Below, one piece after another: positions 18,968 through 28,836 of a stretch of DNA of 64,000 bases. Source of the DNA: Candidatus Bathyarchaeota archaeon (lineage in GTDB: Archaea; Thermoproteota; Bathyarchaeia; Bathyarchaeales; Bathycorpusculaceae); the NCBI GenBank assembly GCA_963782525.1, contig CAWAKC010000001.1, positions 160,001-224,000 on the forward strand, written 5' to 3'. The notes beneath the pieces were generated by a model that did not search any database, was not told the DNA's origin, and saw only the letters and a list, made by a program, of their open reading frames with translations. The position numbers and the translations under genes were made by a program. The first letter of the stretch is position 1, and every line of letters begins with the position of its first letter.

Positions 18968-19011
18968 GCATAATTATCAAGGCAATTCCTAACATAATTC
19001 TTAATTATGCC
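18968..19011. repeat. Repeat site copy 3 (left arm plus core), overlapping the likely ilvC promoter
   Basis: 18968-19007 matches 18192-18231 at 36/40 nt. Confidence 0.8.
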
Positions 19012-19044
19012 ATCTGATAAATGCAATGGCTGAGGTACATAAAA

Positions 19045-20109
19045 ATGGTGAAAATCGATTTCGGCGGCGTCAAAGAGGACGTCATCACACGAGAAGAATT
19101 CACATTGGCAAAAGCCCAAAAAATCCTAAAAGACGAAGTTGTCGTCTCACTTGGCTACGGCATACAGGGTCAAGCTCAATCACTCAACATGCGTGACCAA
19201 GGAATAAAAGTAATTATAGGACAAGAAAAAGAGGGCGTATTCAAAAAAGAGTGGGACAAAGCAATCGCTGACGGCTGGGTTCCAGGCAAAAACCTGTTCC
19301 CGATGGAAGAAGCGGCAAAAATGGGCACCATCAAACTGTTCCTACTCACTGACGCAGCACAAAAAGCGACCTGGCCAAAAGTTAAAGCAACCCTCAAAAA
19401 AGGAGACGCACTTTACTTCAGCCACGGCTTTAGCATCGTCTACAAAGAACAAACAGGCGTTATCCCACCCAAAGACATAGACGTAATCCTTGTTGCACCA
19501 AAAGGTTCCGGCACCTCTGTGCGCCGAAACTTTGTTGACGGAAGCGGCATAAACTGCAGTTTCGCTGTCTTCCAAGATGCAACAGGCAAAGCCGAAGACC
19601 GCGCCAAAGCACTCGGCATCGCCATCGGCGGAGGATACCTTTTCCCAACCACCTTCGAAAAAGAAACCTACAGCGACCTAACAGGCGAACGAGGCACACT
19701 AATGGGTGCACTAGCAGGCATCCTCGAAGCCCAATACAAAACCCTACGTGAACACGGACACAGCCCAAGCGAAGCATTCAACGAATCTGTCGAAGAACTA
19801 ACCCAAAGCCTAATCCGCCTTGTCGACGAAAACGGCATGGACTGGATGTACTGCAACTGCAGTGAAACCGCACGCATAGGCGCATTACGATGGAGAAGCC
19901 GCTTCCGCGAAGCAACCCAACCAGTATTCGACTCACTTTATGAGCTTGTCGCGGCGGGTGAAGAAACACGCATCGTCCTCGAAAAAAGCAAGGCGCCCGA
20001 TTACCGCCAAAAACTTGCTGATGAACTCAAAGAGATGGGTAACAGCGAAATGTGGCGTGCAGGCGCAACCGTTCGGTCGTTGCGTCCTAAACAGAAGAAG
20101 ACAGAATAA
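19045..20109 (+). CDS. ilvC: Ketol-acid reductoisomerase
   Basis: GYGIQGQAQSLN, FSHGF, VAPKGSG, SDLTGERG, CSETA. Confidence 0.95.
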   Translation: MVKIDFGGVKEDVITREEFTLAKAQKILKDEVVVSLGYGIQGQAQSLNMRDQGIKVIIGQEKEGVFKKEWDKAIADGWVPGKNLFPMEEAAKMGTIKLFLLTDAAQKATWPKVKATLKKGDALYFSHGFSIVYKEQTGVIPPKDIDVILVAPKGSGTSVRRNFVDGSGINCSFAVFQDATGKAEDRAKALGIAIGGGYLFPTTFEKETYSDLTGERGTLMGALAGILEAQYKTLREHGHSPSEAFNESVEELTQSLIRLVDENGMDWMYCNCSETARIGALRWRSRFREATQPVFDSLYELVAAGEETRIVLEKSKAPDYRQKLADELKEMGNSEMWRAGATVRSLRPKQKKTE

Positions 20110-20222
20110 GCTTCTTTATTTTTTTATTTTTATTGTTTAAGTATCCTTAAGTTCTCGTTGGTTGGCGAGCTAATCTTTTATACCACAAACCACCGCTGAG
20201 CTAAAACAAACGAGGCACTCCG

Positions 20223-21569
20223 TTGAACTATATCACCGTTGCAGCAATAGCTGTCTTTGCAGCGACGCTTTTCTTGATGGTTAAGCGCCCGCGGGGTCTT
20301 CGGCTGGGATATGCCGCTGCCATCGGCGCGGTGGCTTCGCTTTTGTTGGGCACGGTGAGTTTGGGGCAAGCGGCACAGTCGTTTTTGGACATTTGGGATG
20401 CTGCCTTGGCGTTTCTGGGCATCATTGCATTATCGGTGACGTTGGATGCCATGGGCTTCTTTAGATGGACGGCGCTACGAGTTGTTAAATTGGCGCGTGG
20501 AAGTGGGCTACGGCTTTACTTCTACATTGCCCTGCTGACGGCAGCCGTGAGCATCCTTTTTGCCAACGACAGCGCAGTTTTGATTCTGACCCCGATTGTG
20601 CTTGAGGTTGTCACGTGTTTGGGCATAGACAAAAGGGGCAAACTCGCATACCTATTCACTGCAGGATTAATCGCCGACACCGCCGCCATGCCCCTGATAA
20701 CAAGCAACCCTATCAACATCCTAAGCGCAGACTATTTCAAGTACAGCTTCATCGACCACCTCATCTTCATGGGACCTGTGACAGTTGCAGTTCTTCTGAG
20801 CAGTTTGCTGTTGATTTGGCTGTTCTTCCGAAAACAGATACCCGGCACCTACGACGTACAAGCTGCAGAGTCCTTAACCAAGGGCAAACCCGCAATCTCG
20901 CGCAACCTTCTGAAAATAACTTTCGTAACTCTTGTGGCAATTGATATTGGCTACGTGTTGACTTCTTTGAATAGGTTCCCAGTTTCATTGGTGATTTGTA
21001 GCGGCTCTGTGTTTTTGGTGGCGGTTTATTGGTTTACGTTGAAGCAGAATGGCTCGGTGAACGGCGAGAAGAAGGGGCTGGTATGGTTGGCGAGGGATAT
21101 TAATTGGGATATTGTGCTGTTTATGCTCAGCATATTCATTGTTGTTCAAGGCTTGGAATCAGCTGGCGTCACGAACTTGTTAGCTTCTGCACTTGTGACA
21201 ACTAGTAAGCTTCCGTCGGTGCTAGGAGTATTTGGTCCAAGCATGGTTGTGACGATTGGAGCGAGCTTCATGAATAATTGGCCCATGACAATTTTGGGTT
21301 TACTCAGTATTCACCAAGCAGCAGTGACTGGACCAGCCCTGACAAACCTGGTTTTTAGCAACATCATCGGCAACAATTTAGGTCCCCACTTTTTCCCGTT
21401 GGGGTCGCTGGCGATTTTGATGTGGCTGGAAATAATGCGACGCAAAGGCGTATCCATCAGTCTAAAAGAATACCTCAAAGTAGGCGCAACCTTATCCATT
21501 GCGCAGGTTGCTATTGCAGCGGCAGTCTTATGGGTAGAGTTAAATTGGTTTGGGTTCAAACTTTTTTAG
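20223..21569 (+). CDS. ArsB/NhaD-family ion transporter
   Basis: FANDSAVLILTPIV, SNPIN, NNWP, GNNLGP...GSLA; about 12 TM. Confidence 0.85.
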   Translation: MNYITVAAIAVFAATLFLMVKRPRGLRLGYAAAIGAVASLLLGTVSLGQAAQSFLDIWDAALAFLGIIALSVTLDAMGFFRWTALRVVKLARGSGLRLYFYIALLTAAVSILFANDSAVLILTPIVLEVVTCLGIDKRGKLAYLFTAGLIADTAAMPLITSNPINILSADYFKYSFIDHLIFMGPVTVAVLLSSLLLIWLFFRKQIPGTYDVQAAESLTKGKPAISRNLLKITFVTLVAIDIGYVLTSLNRFPVSLVICSGSVFLVAVYWFTLKQNGSVNGEKKGLVWLARDINWDIVLFMLSIFIVVQGLESAGVTNLLASALVTTSKLPSVLGVFGPSMVVTIGASFMNNWPMTILGLLSIHQAAVTGPALTNLVFSNIIGNNLGPHFFPLGSLAILMWLEIMRRKGVSISLKEYLKVGATLSIAQVAIAAAVLWVELNWFGFKLF

Positions 21570-21602
21570 TACAAAACGAGTAATCACTAAGCGGTTGATT
21601 GA

Positions 21603-22835
21603 ATGTTAATCAGTAGAGGAAATTTAACTCAGGATTCGTTGAAGGGAGAAGTCGCCGTAGTAACGGGGGCTGGAAGGGGAATCGGCTTTGAAGCTGCCAG
21701 AGCGTTGGTTTGGCTTGGCGCAAATGTGGTTATTGCTGAAATCGATGAGAAAAACGGCAAAGCTGCCGAAGACAGCATTAACAAAGAATTCGGCGCCGGC
21801 AAAGCTCTATTCGTCAAAACGGATATCGGTAACGAAAAAGACATCGACAAACTCGCCGAGGCAATCCTGAAAAAATTCGGCAAAGTCGACATCATCCTGA
21901 ACAACGCAACAGTTTTCCCAATGGGCGCAGTCAAAGACACCCCCGTCGAGTCATGGGATTTTAGTTACCACGTGAACCTGCGGGGTCCAGTGGTTTTAGC
22001 TCGCAAGTTTCTGCCAGCCATGCTCGACCACAAACACGGCGTTTTCGTCTGCGTTTCCTCGTCAGGTGCAGCGCCTTACATGGGAGCCTATGAGGTTTTC
22101 AAGACTGCACAAGTTGAACTATCAAATACTATATTCGCCGAAGTCGAAGGCACAGGAGTCTACTCATTCACCATCGGACCAGGAATCTCTAAAACCCCCG
22201 GGTTTGTTGAAGGCGGAGGAAAAGTAGCCTCGCTAATGGGTATGAGTTTAGAGCAGCTCTTTGAACTAAACAAACACGCCCAGATTTCTCCCGAAGCCGC
22301 AGGTGCAGGCTTTGCCATAGCGGTTGCCCTTGCCAAAAGGTACCATGGACAAGAAACCAGCTCCATCCAAGTGCTACGGGAAGCGGGAATACCCTTCACT
22401 GAACAAGAAGAACACAAAGTGGAAGAACAGAAACCAATCCAACGGCAAAAAGCACAATCGACCAAACCGAGCGAAAACAGAAGCAAAAATGAACTCTACC
22501 AAGAGGTCCTCAAAACTTATCTTGAGCAGTCGGAAGGCTGGAAGAAACGCAACCTCTTTGAGCGCCAATGGGTAAGCAGGGACTTCAAGAAAACCACCGG
22601 CACATCCATCGACGAAATGCAAACCACACTAAAAGAATTGGGAAACAACTTGAAATCTGGGGCTTCAACAGCAGAATTCATCGAGCCACTCAACCAGCTG
22701 GTAGGCTACTACATGCATCAGCAGGAACAACTCAAGGACTTCGAGAAAAACCCGCAAAAGCTTGAAACTAACCTCAAAATAATCGAGGGATGGGTAAAGG
22801 ACGCTAATGCTTTGGTGGCAGCGCTAAGAAGTTAG
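21603..22835 (+). CDS. SDR oxidoreductase fused to a C-terminal helical domain
   Basis: TGAGRGIG, NNA, catalytic S and YEVFK; about 140-aa extension after a charged linker. Confidence 0.85.
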   Translation: MLISRGNLTQDSLKGEVAVVTGAGRGIGFEAARALVWLGANVVIAEIDEKNGKAAEDSINKEFGAGKALFVKTDIGNEKDIDKLAEAILKKFGKVDIILNNATVFPMGAVKDTPVESWDFSYHVNLRGPVVLARKFLPAMLDHKHGVFVCVSSSGAAPYMGAYEVFKTAQVELSNTIFAEVEGTGVYSFTIGPGISKTPGFVEGGGKVASLMGMSLEQLFELNKHAQISPEAAGAGFAIAVALAKRYHGQETSSIQVLREAGIPFTEQEEHKVEEQKPIQRQKAQSTKPSENRSKNELYQEVLKTYLEQSEGWKKRNLFERQWVSRDFKKTTGTSIDEMQTTLKELGNNLKSGASTAEFIEPLNQLVGYYMHQQEQLKDFEKNPQKLETNLKIIEGWVKDANALVAALRS

Positions 22836-23872
22836 CCTACACCAATTTTTTTTAGAATTTCCCTGTAAGTAGCCAAAGCGGTTTTTTCATCCACAACTCC
22901 TTTTATCAGCATTCGTCCGCCGTTGAATAGGCTTACCTCGCAGTCTTTGTAATCAAACATTAATGCCAACCGTGATTTCAGGCACACTTTGAATTGGTTG
23001 CTGATTTGGGGGTAGATTTCGTCGAGGTTGAGTTTTAGGGGTTTTTCTGGGTTGATGTTGGCGGTCTCTTTGCCGCAGAGCCAAACCAGCCGCTCACCGC
23101 CCGCAATGGAGGTTACGTCGCCGTGGCAGACTGGGCAACGAGTGCTTTTGGAGATGTCAATGATTGTGAAGTCCATGTCGGCAAAGTCGCAAACCAGCAA
23201 CTTGCCCTTCAATGTTGAGCCGATGCCTGCGAGGAGTTTTATAGTTTCCATTGCTTCCAAGGCTCCAATTATGCCCGTTGTGGCACCCATAACGCCCCTT
23301 GTGTTGCAGGTTAGAAGGTCTGAATCAGAGAGGTTAGGCATCAAGCATTCTAAGCACCCTGTTCCTGGCGGAGCAAAGACGGATAGGTTCCCTTCGATGC
23401 CAATCCCTGCACCGAAAACATATGGAATGCCAAGTTTTACACAGGCACGGTTGACAAGATACCGTGTGACCATATTGTCTAACCCATCCACCACGCAATC
23501 CACACCTGTTAAGAGACGTTCAACGTTGCTTGCATTCACGTTTTCAGGAACAGCCTCAACCGTTACCAGCGGGTTTTGTTTTTCCAGCCTTTTCGCGGCA
23601 ACCTCGGTTTTGGGGTAGTGAAGATCGTCTGGGTTGTATAGGATTTGGCGGTGGAGGTTGTGGGTTTCTATTGTGTCTTGGTCGATTAAGCGGATGTAGC
23701 CAACGCCAGACAATGTGAGATAGAGTGAGGATACCGTGCCTAGCCCGCCTGCGCCGACAACTGCGACTTTGGATTTAGCGAGTTTCTGCTGCCCCTTCTC
23801 GCCTAGTTCTTTGAGGATGGTTTGGCGACTGTAGAACTCCTTCGCGAACGCCTCTTTCTCTTGTTCATCCAA
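22832..23872 (-). CDS. ThiF/MoeB/E1-like adenylyltransferase
   Basis: YSRQ, GAGGLG, NLHRQ, DGLDN, CLEC, CPVC. Confidence 0.92.
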   Translation of the reverse strand: MDEQEKEAFAKEFYSRQTILKELGEKGQQKLAKSKVAVVGAGGLGTVSSLYLTLSGVGYIRLIDQDTIETHNLHRQILYNPDDLHYPKTEVAAKRLEKQNPLVTVEAVPENVNASNVERLLTGVDCVVDGLDNMVTRYLVNRACVKLGIPYVFGAGIGIEGNLSVFAPPGTGCLECLMPNLSDSDLLTCNTRGVMGATTGIIGALEAMETIKLLAGIGSTLKGKLLVCDFADMDFTIIDISKSTRCPVCHGDVTSIAGGERLVWLCGKETANINPEKPLKLNLDEIYPQISNQFKVCLKSRLALMFDYKDCEVSLFNGGRMLIKGVVDEKTALATYREILKKIGVG

Positions 23873-23877
23873 CTCAA

Positions 23878-25584
23878 CTACTTCCCGTTAGTCACTGTGC
23901 TGTATTTGCCTTTATTGCGGAACTGCCTATCATATATTTCCCTAACTTGACCGATTGTGCTGGCTTCTTCTGGTGTTTTGTCGTCTCGGATGCGAGTGAT
24001 TCTTGCGAACCTCAGTGCCATTTGGCTTTCGTAGCGGGGGCTTTCCTGGATTTCATTGTAGGCAACTTCCACAACGATTTTTGGGATAACGTTGACGCTG
24101 TGCCCGTCCTCGCTTAAGACGGATTCCTTTAACCTCTTGGTTAATTCAATGATTTCTGCGTCAGTTAACCCCTTGAAGGTCTTTCCAATGTTCAAAAACT
24201 CCCCTGTGTGGGGGTTTCTTGCTGCGAGGTAGTAGTCCGAGAGCCAGCCTTTCCTGCGTCCGTAACCGTACTCGGCGGCTGTGATAACTAAATCTAAGGA
24301 GTCAAGGGTAGCTTTGATTTTAAGCCAACGTTTGCCCCTACGCCCAGGCGTATAGGGACTATCGAGTTTCTTCGCCATCAACCCTTCATGTCCCGCAGCG
24401 AGCGCTTCTTTGAAGAACGCTTCGGCTTGCAAGGCGTGGTCTGTGACTATTTGATTAGATAGGACAATTTTTCCTGCGGTTTGGGCGAGGATTTGGCGGC
24501 GCTCGTTATATGGCTTGGTGATTTGGCTTTCGCCGTTAAGGTAGAGTATGTCGAAGAGGTAGAGGGTTATGGGCATCTTCTCCGCTAGGCCAGCGACTCC
24601 TCGAATTCGCCTGAACCGCCGCATCAAATGCTGAAACGCAATCGGAAAGCCAGTGGTGTCGAGCGCGATTACTTCGCCCTCAACGATTGCTGATTGCGCT
24701 TGAATGTTATGTTTTACGGCGGCCACAACTTCGGGCAAGCTTGCTGTAACTTCGCTGAGTCTTCTGCTGAAAATTTCCACTCTGTCGGTCTGTTTGTGGA
24801 TTTGTACTCTAGCGCCATCATACTTGTATTCTAACGCAGTTTTGCCTCCGTGTGTTTCTAGCGCTTCCCGGACGCATTGTGCTGTTTGCGCTAACATAAG
24901 TTTGACTGGCCTAAAAACTCTAAAACCAGATTTCTCTAAACCCTCTACACTCTGCGTTTTCAAAACAGCTGCAACCTCGCCTATGTCTCCTAAAGTCATG
25001 GAGGCATGCTGCACTCGTCCAAGCGGAACATCAAAAGCCATTGCAACCGCCTGCTCCATTAAACCCTCATGTAGCCCGGTGCGCATCTCGCTGGTGAAGA
25101 TTTTTACCAGGTACTTTGCTTCAACGGGTTCCGCTTGACCCATTAGAGTTGTGAGTAAGCGTTCTTTTTTGGTTCTTGAACCTGAACCTTGCGCTTGCGA
25201 GATAGCGTCCAGCGTTGTTTGGACTTCTGTTATTGTTAGGAGTTTTGGGGTTAGTTGGGTTTGCTTTTTTGCTTTGGTCTGTTCGAGGACTGTTTTTATG
25301 GCTGAGCCGATATCGCCAGTTGCAGCCATGGCTTGACGAAAGATCTCCCAATCAAAGGCGCTTATACGCTCGAAGATGCGGATGAGAGTAGACCAGCTTA
25401 CTTTGAGGGTTTTTTGGCTGTACTTGGGAAACGCTCGCCCAACCATCATGTTTGTGGCTGGCTCAATCTCTTCAGGACCAAGTGTTTTTAGATAGTTTGC
25501 GGTTTGCTCTATGATTTCAAGCCGTTTCTTTGTGGCTTCGACTTTTTCGAGAAGTTCAGAGAGGGATTTGAATGTGGCAAGCAT
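23878..25584 (-). CDS. lig: ATP-dependent DNA ligase
   Basis: EYKYDGAR, EGLMAK, WLKIK, ALRFARI..IR.DK. Confidence 0.97.
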   Translation of the reverse strand: MLATFKSLSELLEKVEATKKRLEIIEQTANYLKTLGPEEIEPATNMMVGRAFPKYSQKTLKVSWSTLIRIFERISAFDWEIFRQAMAATGDIGSAIKTVLEQTKAKKQTQLTPKLLTITEVQTTLDAISQAQGSGSRTKKERLLTTLMGQAEPVEAKYLVKIFTSEMRTGLHEGLMEQAVAMAFDVPLGRVQHASMTLGDIGEVAAVLKTQSVEGLEKSGFRVFRPVKLMLAQTAQCVREALETHGGKTALEYKYDGARVQIHKQTDRVEIFSRRLSEVTASLPEVVAAVKHNIQAQSAIVEGEVIALDTTGFPIAFQHLMRRFRRIRGVAGLAEKMPITLYLFDILYLNGESQITKPYNERRQILAQTAGKIVLSNQIVTDHALQAEAFFKEALAAGHEGLMAKKLDSPYTPGRRGKRWLKIKATLDSLDLVITAAEYGYGRRKGWLSDYYLAARNPHTGEFLNIGKTFKGLTDAEIIELTKRLKESVLSEDGHSVNVIPKIVVEVAYNEIQESPRYESQMALRFARITRIRDDKTPEEASTIGQVREIYDRQFRNKGKYSTVTNGK

Positions 25585-25723
25585 AGTTACCAAAAACACG
25601 ATTAAACTTATGGTTTTTGAGACTATAATTGCTTGCGCCGCAGTTCACTTTCACTGACCCCTCCCCCGTTGGGTTATGTTGTCACATCGACGCTTTAAAT
25701 AGGCTAATAAGAGGTAACTGAGT

Positions 25724-26503
25724 TTGAGTGAGACAGTGATGCAGCAAAAACTAATACTAAAAGCTCAAATAACACAAATAATCACTAAACCGTTTGCCTT
25801 TAATGTACGTGACATAGACGTGCTTTTTCCAGGATTCAAAGCAGGAGACTTCGCCGTCATCTATGGTTCTCAGTCGGTTACATCTTTAGTAGCTAAACTC
25901 TGTGTCAGAGCGCAATTACCGGCATATCTGGGCGGCTTAGAAAGTAACGTCGTCTTCATCGACTGCGCAAATAGTTCTTCATTATCAGAGATTGTACAGG
26001 CCGCAGAAAAACAAAAATTAGACCCCAATACTCCACTTGAACAAGTTATTAACATGCGAGCATACACAGCATATCGATTAACATCGCTTATAATGGAAAA
26101 ACTAGAGGAAGCCTTAGAAAAATCGGATGCAAAACTTGTAGTGATCTCTGACATTGTATGTTCATTCTTGAATGGCAATGTAGATGACCAAGAAGCAACT
26201 GCAGTTTACCGCCAAATTATGGGTTATCTTGCAAACTTTGCAAGAAGACACCGAATCATCATAATCGCAACATACCTTTCGCATGAGAGCAACCGAAGAA
26301 ACAGTGTCCTACAGGAAATAACTAACCAGAAAGCAAATACGGTACTTCGATTCACAAAAACTCCATACACAAGCGAAGTAGAGTTGGAGAAGCATCCATC
26401 TTACATGTTAGGTGTGGTGGATTTTGAATCTGAAAACCAAACCTTAACTGACTTTGCCCCAACAAGCATCAATAATGCAACCCTGACTTACCGAATTATG
26501 TAA
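25724..26503 (+). CDS. RadA/Rad51-fold protein with degenerate Walker A
   Basis: LCVRAQLP...GGL...VVFID, RAYT, LVVISD; Walker A position reads YGSQSVTS (no GKT). Confidence 0.75.
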   Translation: MSETVMQQKLILKAQITQIITKPFAFNVRDIDVLFPGFKAGDFAVIYGSQSVTSLVAKLCVRAQLPAYLGGLESNVVFIDCANSSSLSEIVQAAEKQKLDPNTPLEQVINMRAYTAYRLTSLIMEKLEEALEKSDAKLVVISDIVCSFLNGNVDDQEATAVYRQIMGYLANFARRHRIIIIATYLSHESNRRNSVLQEITNQKANTVLRFTKTPYTSEVELEKHPSYMLGVVDFESENQTLTDFAPTSINNATLTYRIM

Positions 26504-26528
26504 CACAAAAAAAATAATTAAAGTAGAT

Positions 26529-26933
26529 TTAGGAAAACACTGAGAACGAAGATTCGCCCTCAGGTTCTTTCTGTTTATCGTTGATTTCCTTAATCTTCTT
26601 GTCCAGTTCCTCTACTTCCTTGCTGTTGCCCAACGCTTTTTGGCTGTCCCGTGCTTGCTCAAGAGCGCTTACGCCATAACGTTCAAAGCCCTTGGCAAAG
26701 GAGATGTCAGATGACTTTTTGAAGAACTCCGCAGCTTTTATGTAGTCTTTCATTGAGAAACTGCATTCACCTGCTTTATAGTTCATTTCTGCCGCACCAA
26801 AATAGTTCTGTCCCTTATAGTAGAGTTCGGCAACTTTCGTGAAGAGGTCTTTTGCCTCTGCATATTTGCCATTTTCCATTAGTGTGATTGCATCTTTATG
26901 CATTTTAATTGGGTCTTCTCTAACTGTGCTCAT
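26529..26933 (-). CDS. TPR/SNAP-like helical repeat protein
   Basis: Repeated GKYAEAKDLF / QNYFGAAEM / KDYIKAAEFF units. Confidence 0.7.
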   Translation of the reverse strand: MSTVREDPIKMHKDAITLMENGKYAEAKDLFTKVAELYYKGQNYFGAAEMNYKAGECSFSMKDYIKAAEFFKKSSDISFAKGFERYGVSALEQARDSQKALGNSKEVEELDKKIKEINDKQKEPEGESSFSVFS

Positions 26934-27137
26934 TTTAATGCAACTCTCTTAGTTCTGTATTATTCTTTAAAGAAGTCACATTTAGATTTTCCCCTTCAAT
27001 CGAATTGGGATACACAACTATTCAGCCATTTTTCTGCATTTACATTTTCGCGGTACAGACAAAATTCTTTATGGCATAAATTTATCAAGGATGTTTAATA
27101 AGCGCTTTAAAATAATTGTCTCTGAAAACTTAACGCT

Positions 27138-27719
27138 GTGAAGGTAATGGATAAAGAAAAACAAAAAACAGCAATGAAGAATCAAAGTTATAACCAATCC
27201 GCAGTTTTCAAGATTACTGTGGCAGCAGTCTTCGCTGCACTCGTTTTTGTGGTCACCTCACAGATTCCACCCATACCTATACCTGCAACTTCGGGTTACT
27301 TCAACATTGGAGAAACCACCATCTACATAGCTGCCCTCGTTTTTGGTCCATTGGTCGGGGGATTGTCAGGGGGGATAGGGTCATCACTGTCTGATGCCTT
27401 CTTAGGCTATGGGTTGTTTGCTCCAGGCACCTTGGTAATTAAAGGTGGGGAAGGCTTAATCGTTGGTTTCCTAAACATTCATCTCAAAAGGCGAATTCCA
27501 AACCTCACGTTATGTGCCACAATCTCAGTCGTTATCGGAGGCTTAGAAATGGTGGCAGGATATTTCCTCTATGAACAATTCGTAATAGGCTATCCCTTTG
27601 CGGTTGCTCTAGCTGAGGTTCCTTTCAACATCGTTCAGATGCTGATCGGTTTAATAGTTGCCATACCCGTTATGCACGCAGTTTTCCGTGTTATCCCACA
27701 ACTTAATAGCCAGTTTTAA
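27138..27719 (+). CDS. ECF transporter S component
   Basis: AVFAAL, GYFNIGE, GIGSSLSD, GTLVIKG, NIVQ. Confidence 0.88.
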   Translation: MKVMDKEKQKTAMKNQSYNQSAVFKITVAAVFAALVFVVTSQIPPIPIPATSGYFNIGETTIYIAALVFGPLVGGLSGGIGSSLSDAFLGYGLFAPGTLVIKGGEGLIVGFLNIHLKRRIPNLTLCATISVVIGGLEMVAGYFLYEQFVIGYPFAVALAEVPFNIVQMLIGLIVAIPVMHAVFRVIPQLNSQF

Positions 27720-27732
27720 CAGAGGATAAATT

Positions 27733-28740
27733 ATGAAGCTTCCACCTGGTAAAATCCCAATAGACATCTTAAAAGACGTGGTTTTCAAAAACTTGGGTGC
27801 CGTCCGCAGTGAAGTTATTTTGGGTCCAGCTGCTGGAGTAGATGGCGCAGTGTTGGATGTGGGGAGCAAGAACGCAATAGTCTCCATGGATCCCATTACG
27901 GGTGCGGTGGAACGCATCGGTTGGGAAGCCATAAACATCAACGCCAACGATGTTGCAACCTTCGGTGTAGAACCAGCATTCTTCTTTTCATGTATAATGC
28001 TTCCCGAGGGCGCAGACAGCAAAATCGTTGAAAACATAAGTACCCAAATGCATATCGCAGCAAAGGAATTGGGAATAGCCATAGTTGGGGGGCACTGCGA
28101 ATCAACTCCTGGCTTAGCAAATCCGATTGTCGTGGGCTGCATCATGGGTTTAACGGAAAAAGGCAACTACGTTACTGCAGCGGGAGCAAAAGTAGGCGAT
28201 AAACTCATTTTAACTAAGAGTGCGGGAATTGAGGGCACAGCAATATTGGCTTTCGACCGCGAATCGCATCTCTCAAAGACATTCAATTCAACAATGCTGG
28301 ACAGCGCAAAAGGCTTTTACAAACAAATCAGCGTCGTCAAAGACGCCTTAACCGCTTACAAGGCAGGCGGAGTCCACGCTATGCATGACCCAACTGAGGG
28401 CGGAGTGTTTAACGGTATCCATGAAATGGCTGATGCTGCTGGCTTAGGTGTACGTATTTTTAAGGAAAAAATTGTGGTTGAACCTGAAACCGCAAAGATT
28501 TGCAGGTTCTACGAGATTGATCCATTGCAGTTGATTAGTTCAGGTGCACTGCTAATAGCTGCTGAGCCACAGGCTGCAGACAAAATAATCGATGCGCTCA
28601 GCCAAGAACACATTTACGCTGACGTTATCGGCGAATTCAACCCCAACCCAAACAAACGCTTACTTCTGCACAAGGACGATTCGACGGAGATGCTTCCAAG
28701 ACCCACTTCAGATCACCTATGGATTGCTTTAGCGCGTTAA
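27733..28740 (+). CDS. AIR synthase-related (PurM/HypE/ThiL superfamily) protein
   Basis: GVDGAV, DPIT, NANDVA, GGHCE, MHDPTEGG, LISSG. Confidence 0.88.
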   Translation: MKLPPGKIPIDILKDVVFKNLGAVRSEVILGPAAGVDGAVLDVGSKNAIVSMDPITGAVERIGWEAININANDVATFGVEPAFFFSCIMLPEGADSKIVENISTQMHIAAKELGIAIVGGHCESTPGLANPIVVGCIMGLTEKGNYVTAAGAKVGDKLILTKSAGIEGTAILAFDRESHLSKTFNSTMLDSAKGFYKQISVVKDALTAYKAGGVHAMHDPTEGGVFNGIHEMADAAGLGVRIFKEKIVVEPETAKICRFYEIDPLQLISSGALLIAAEPQAADKIIDALSQEHIYADVIGEFNPNPNKRLLLHKDDSTEMLPRPTSDHLWIALAR

Positions 28741-28836
28741 CTTCATGAATCAACAAGAAAAACATTAGATTTATAATGGTTTTTATAGTTGCAACCTGAG
28801 TTAGGTAATAACAATTAATCGGCTAGTGACGGTTGT

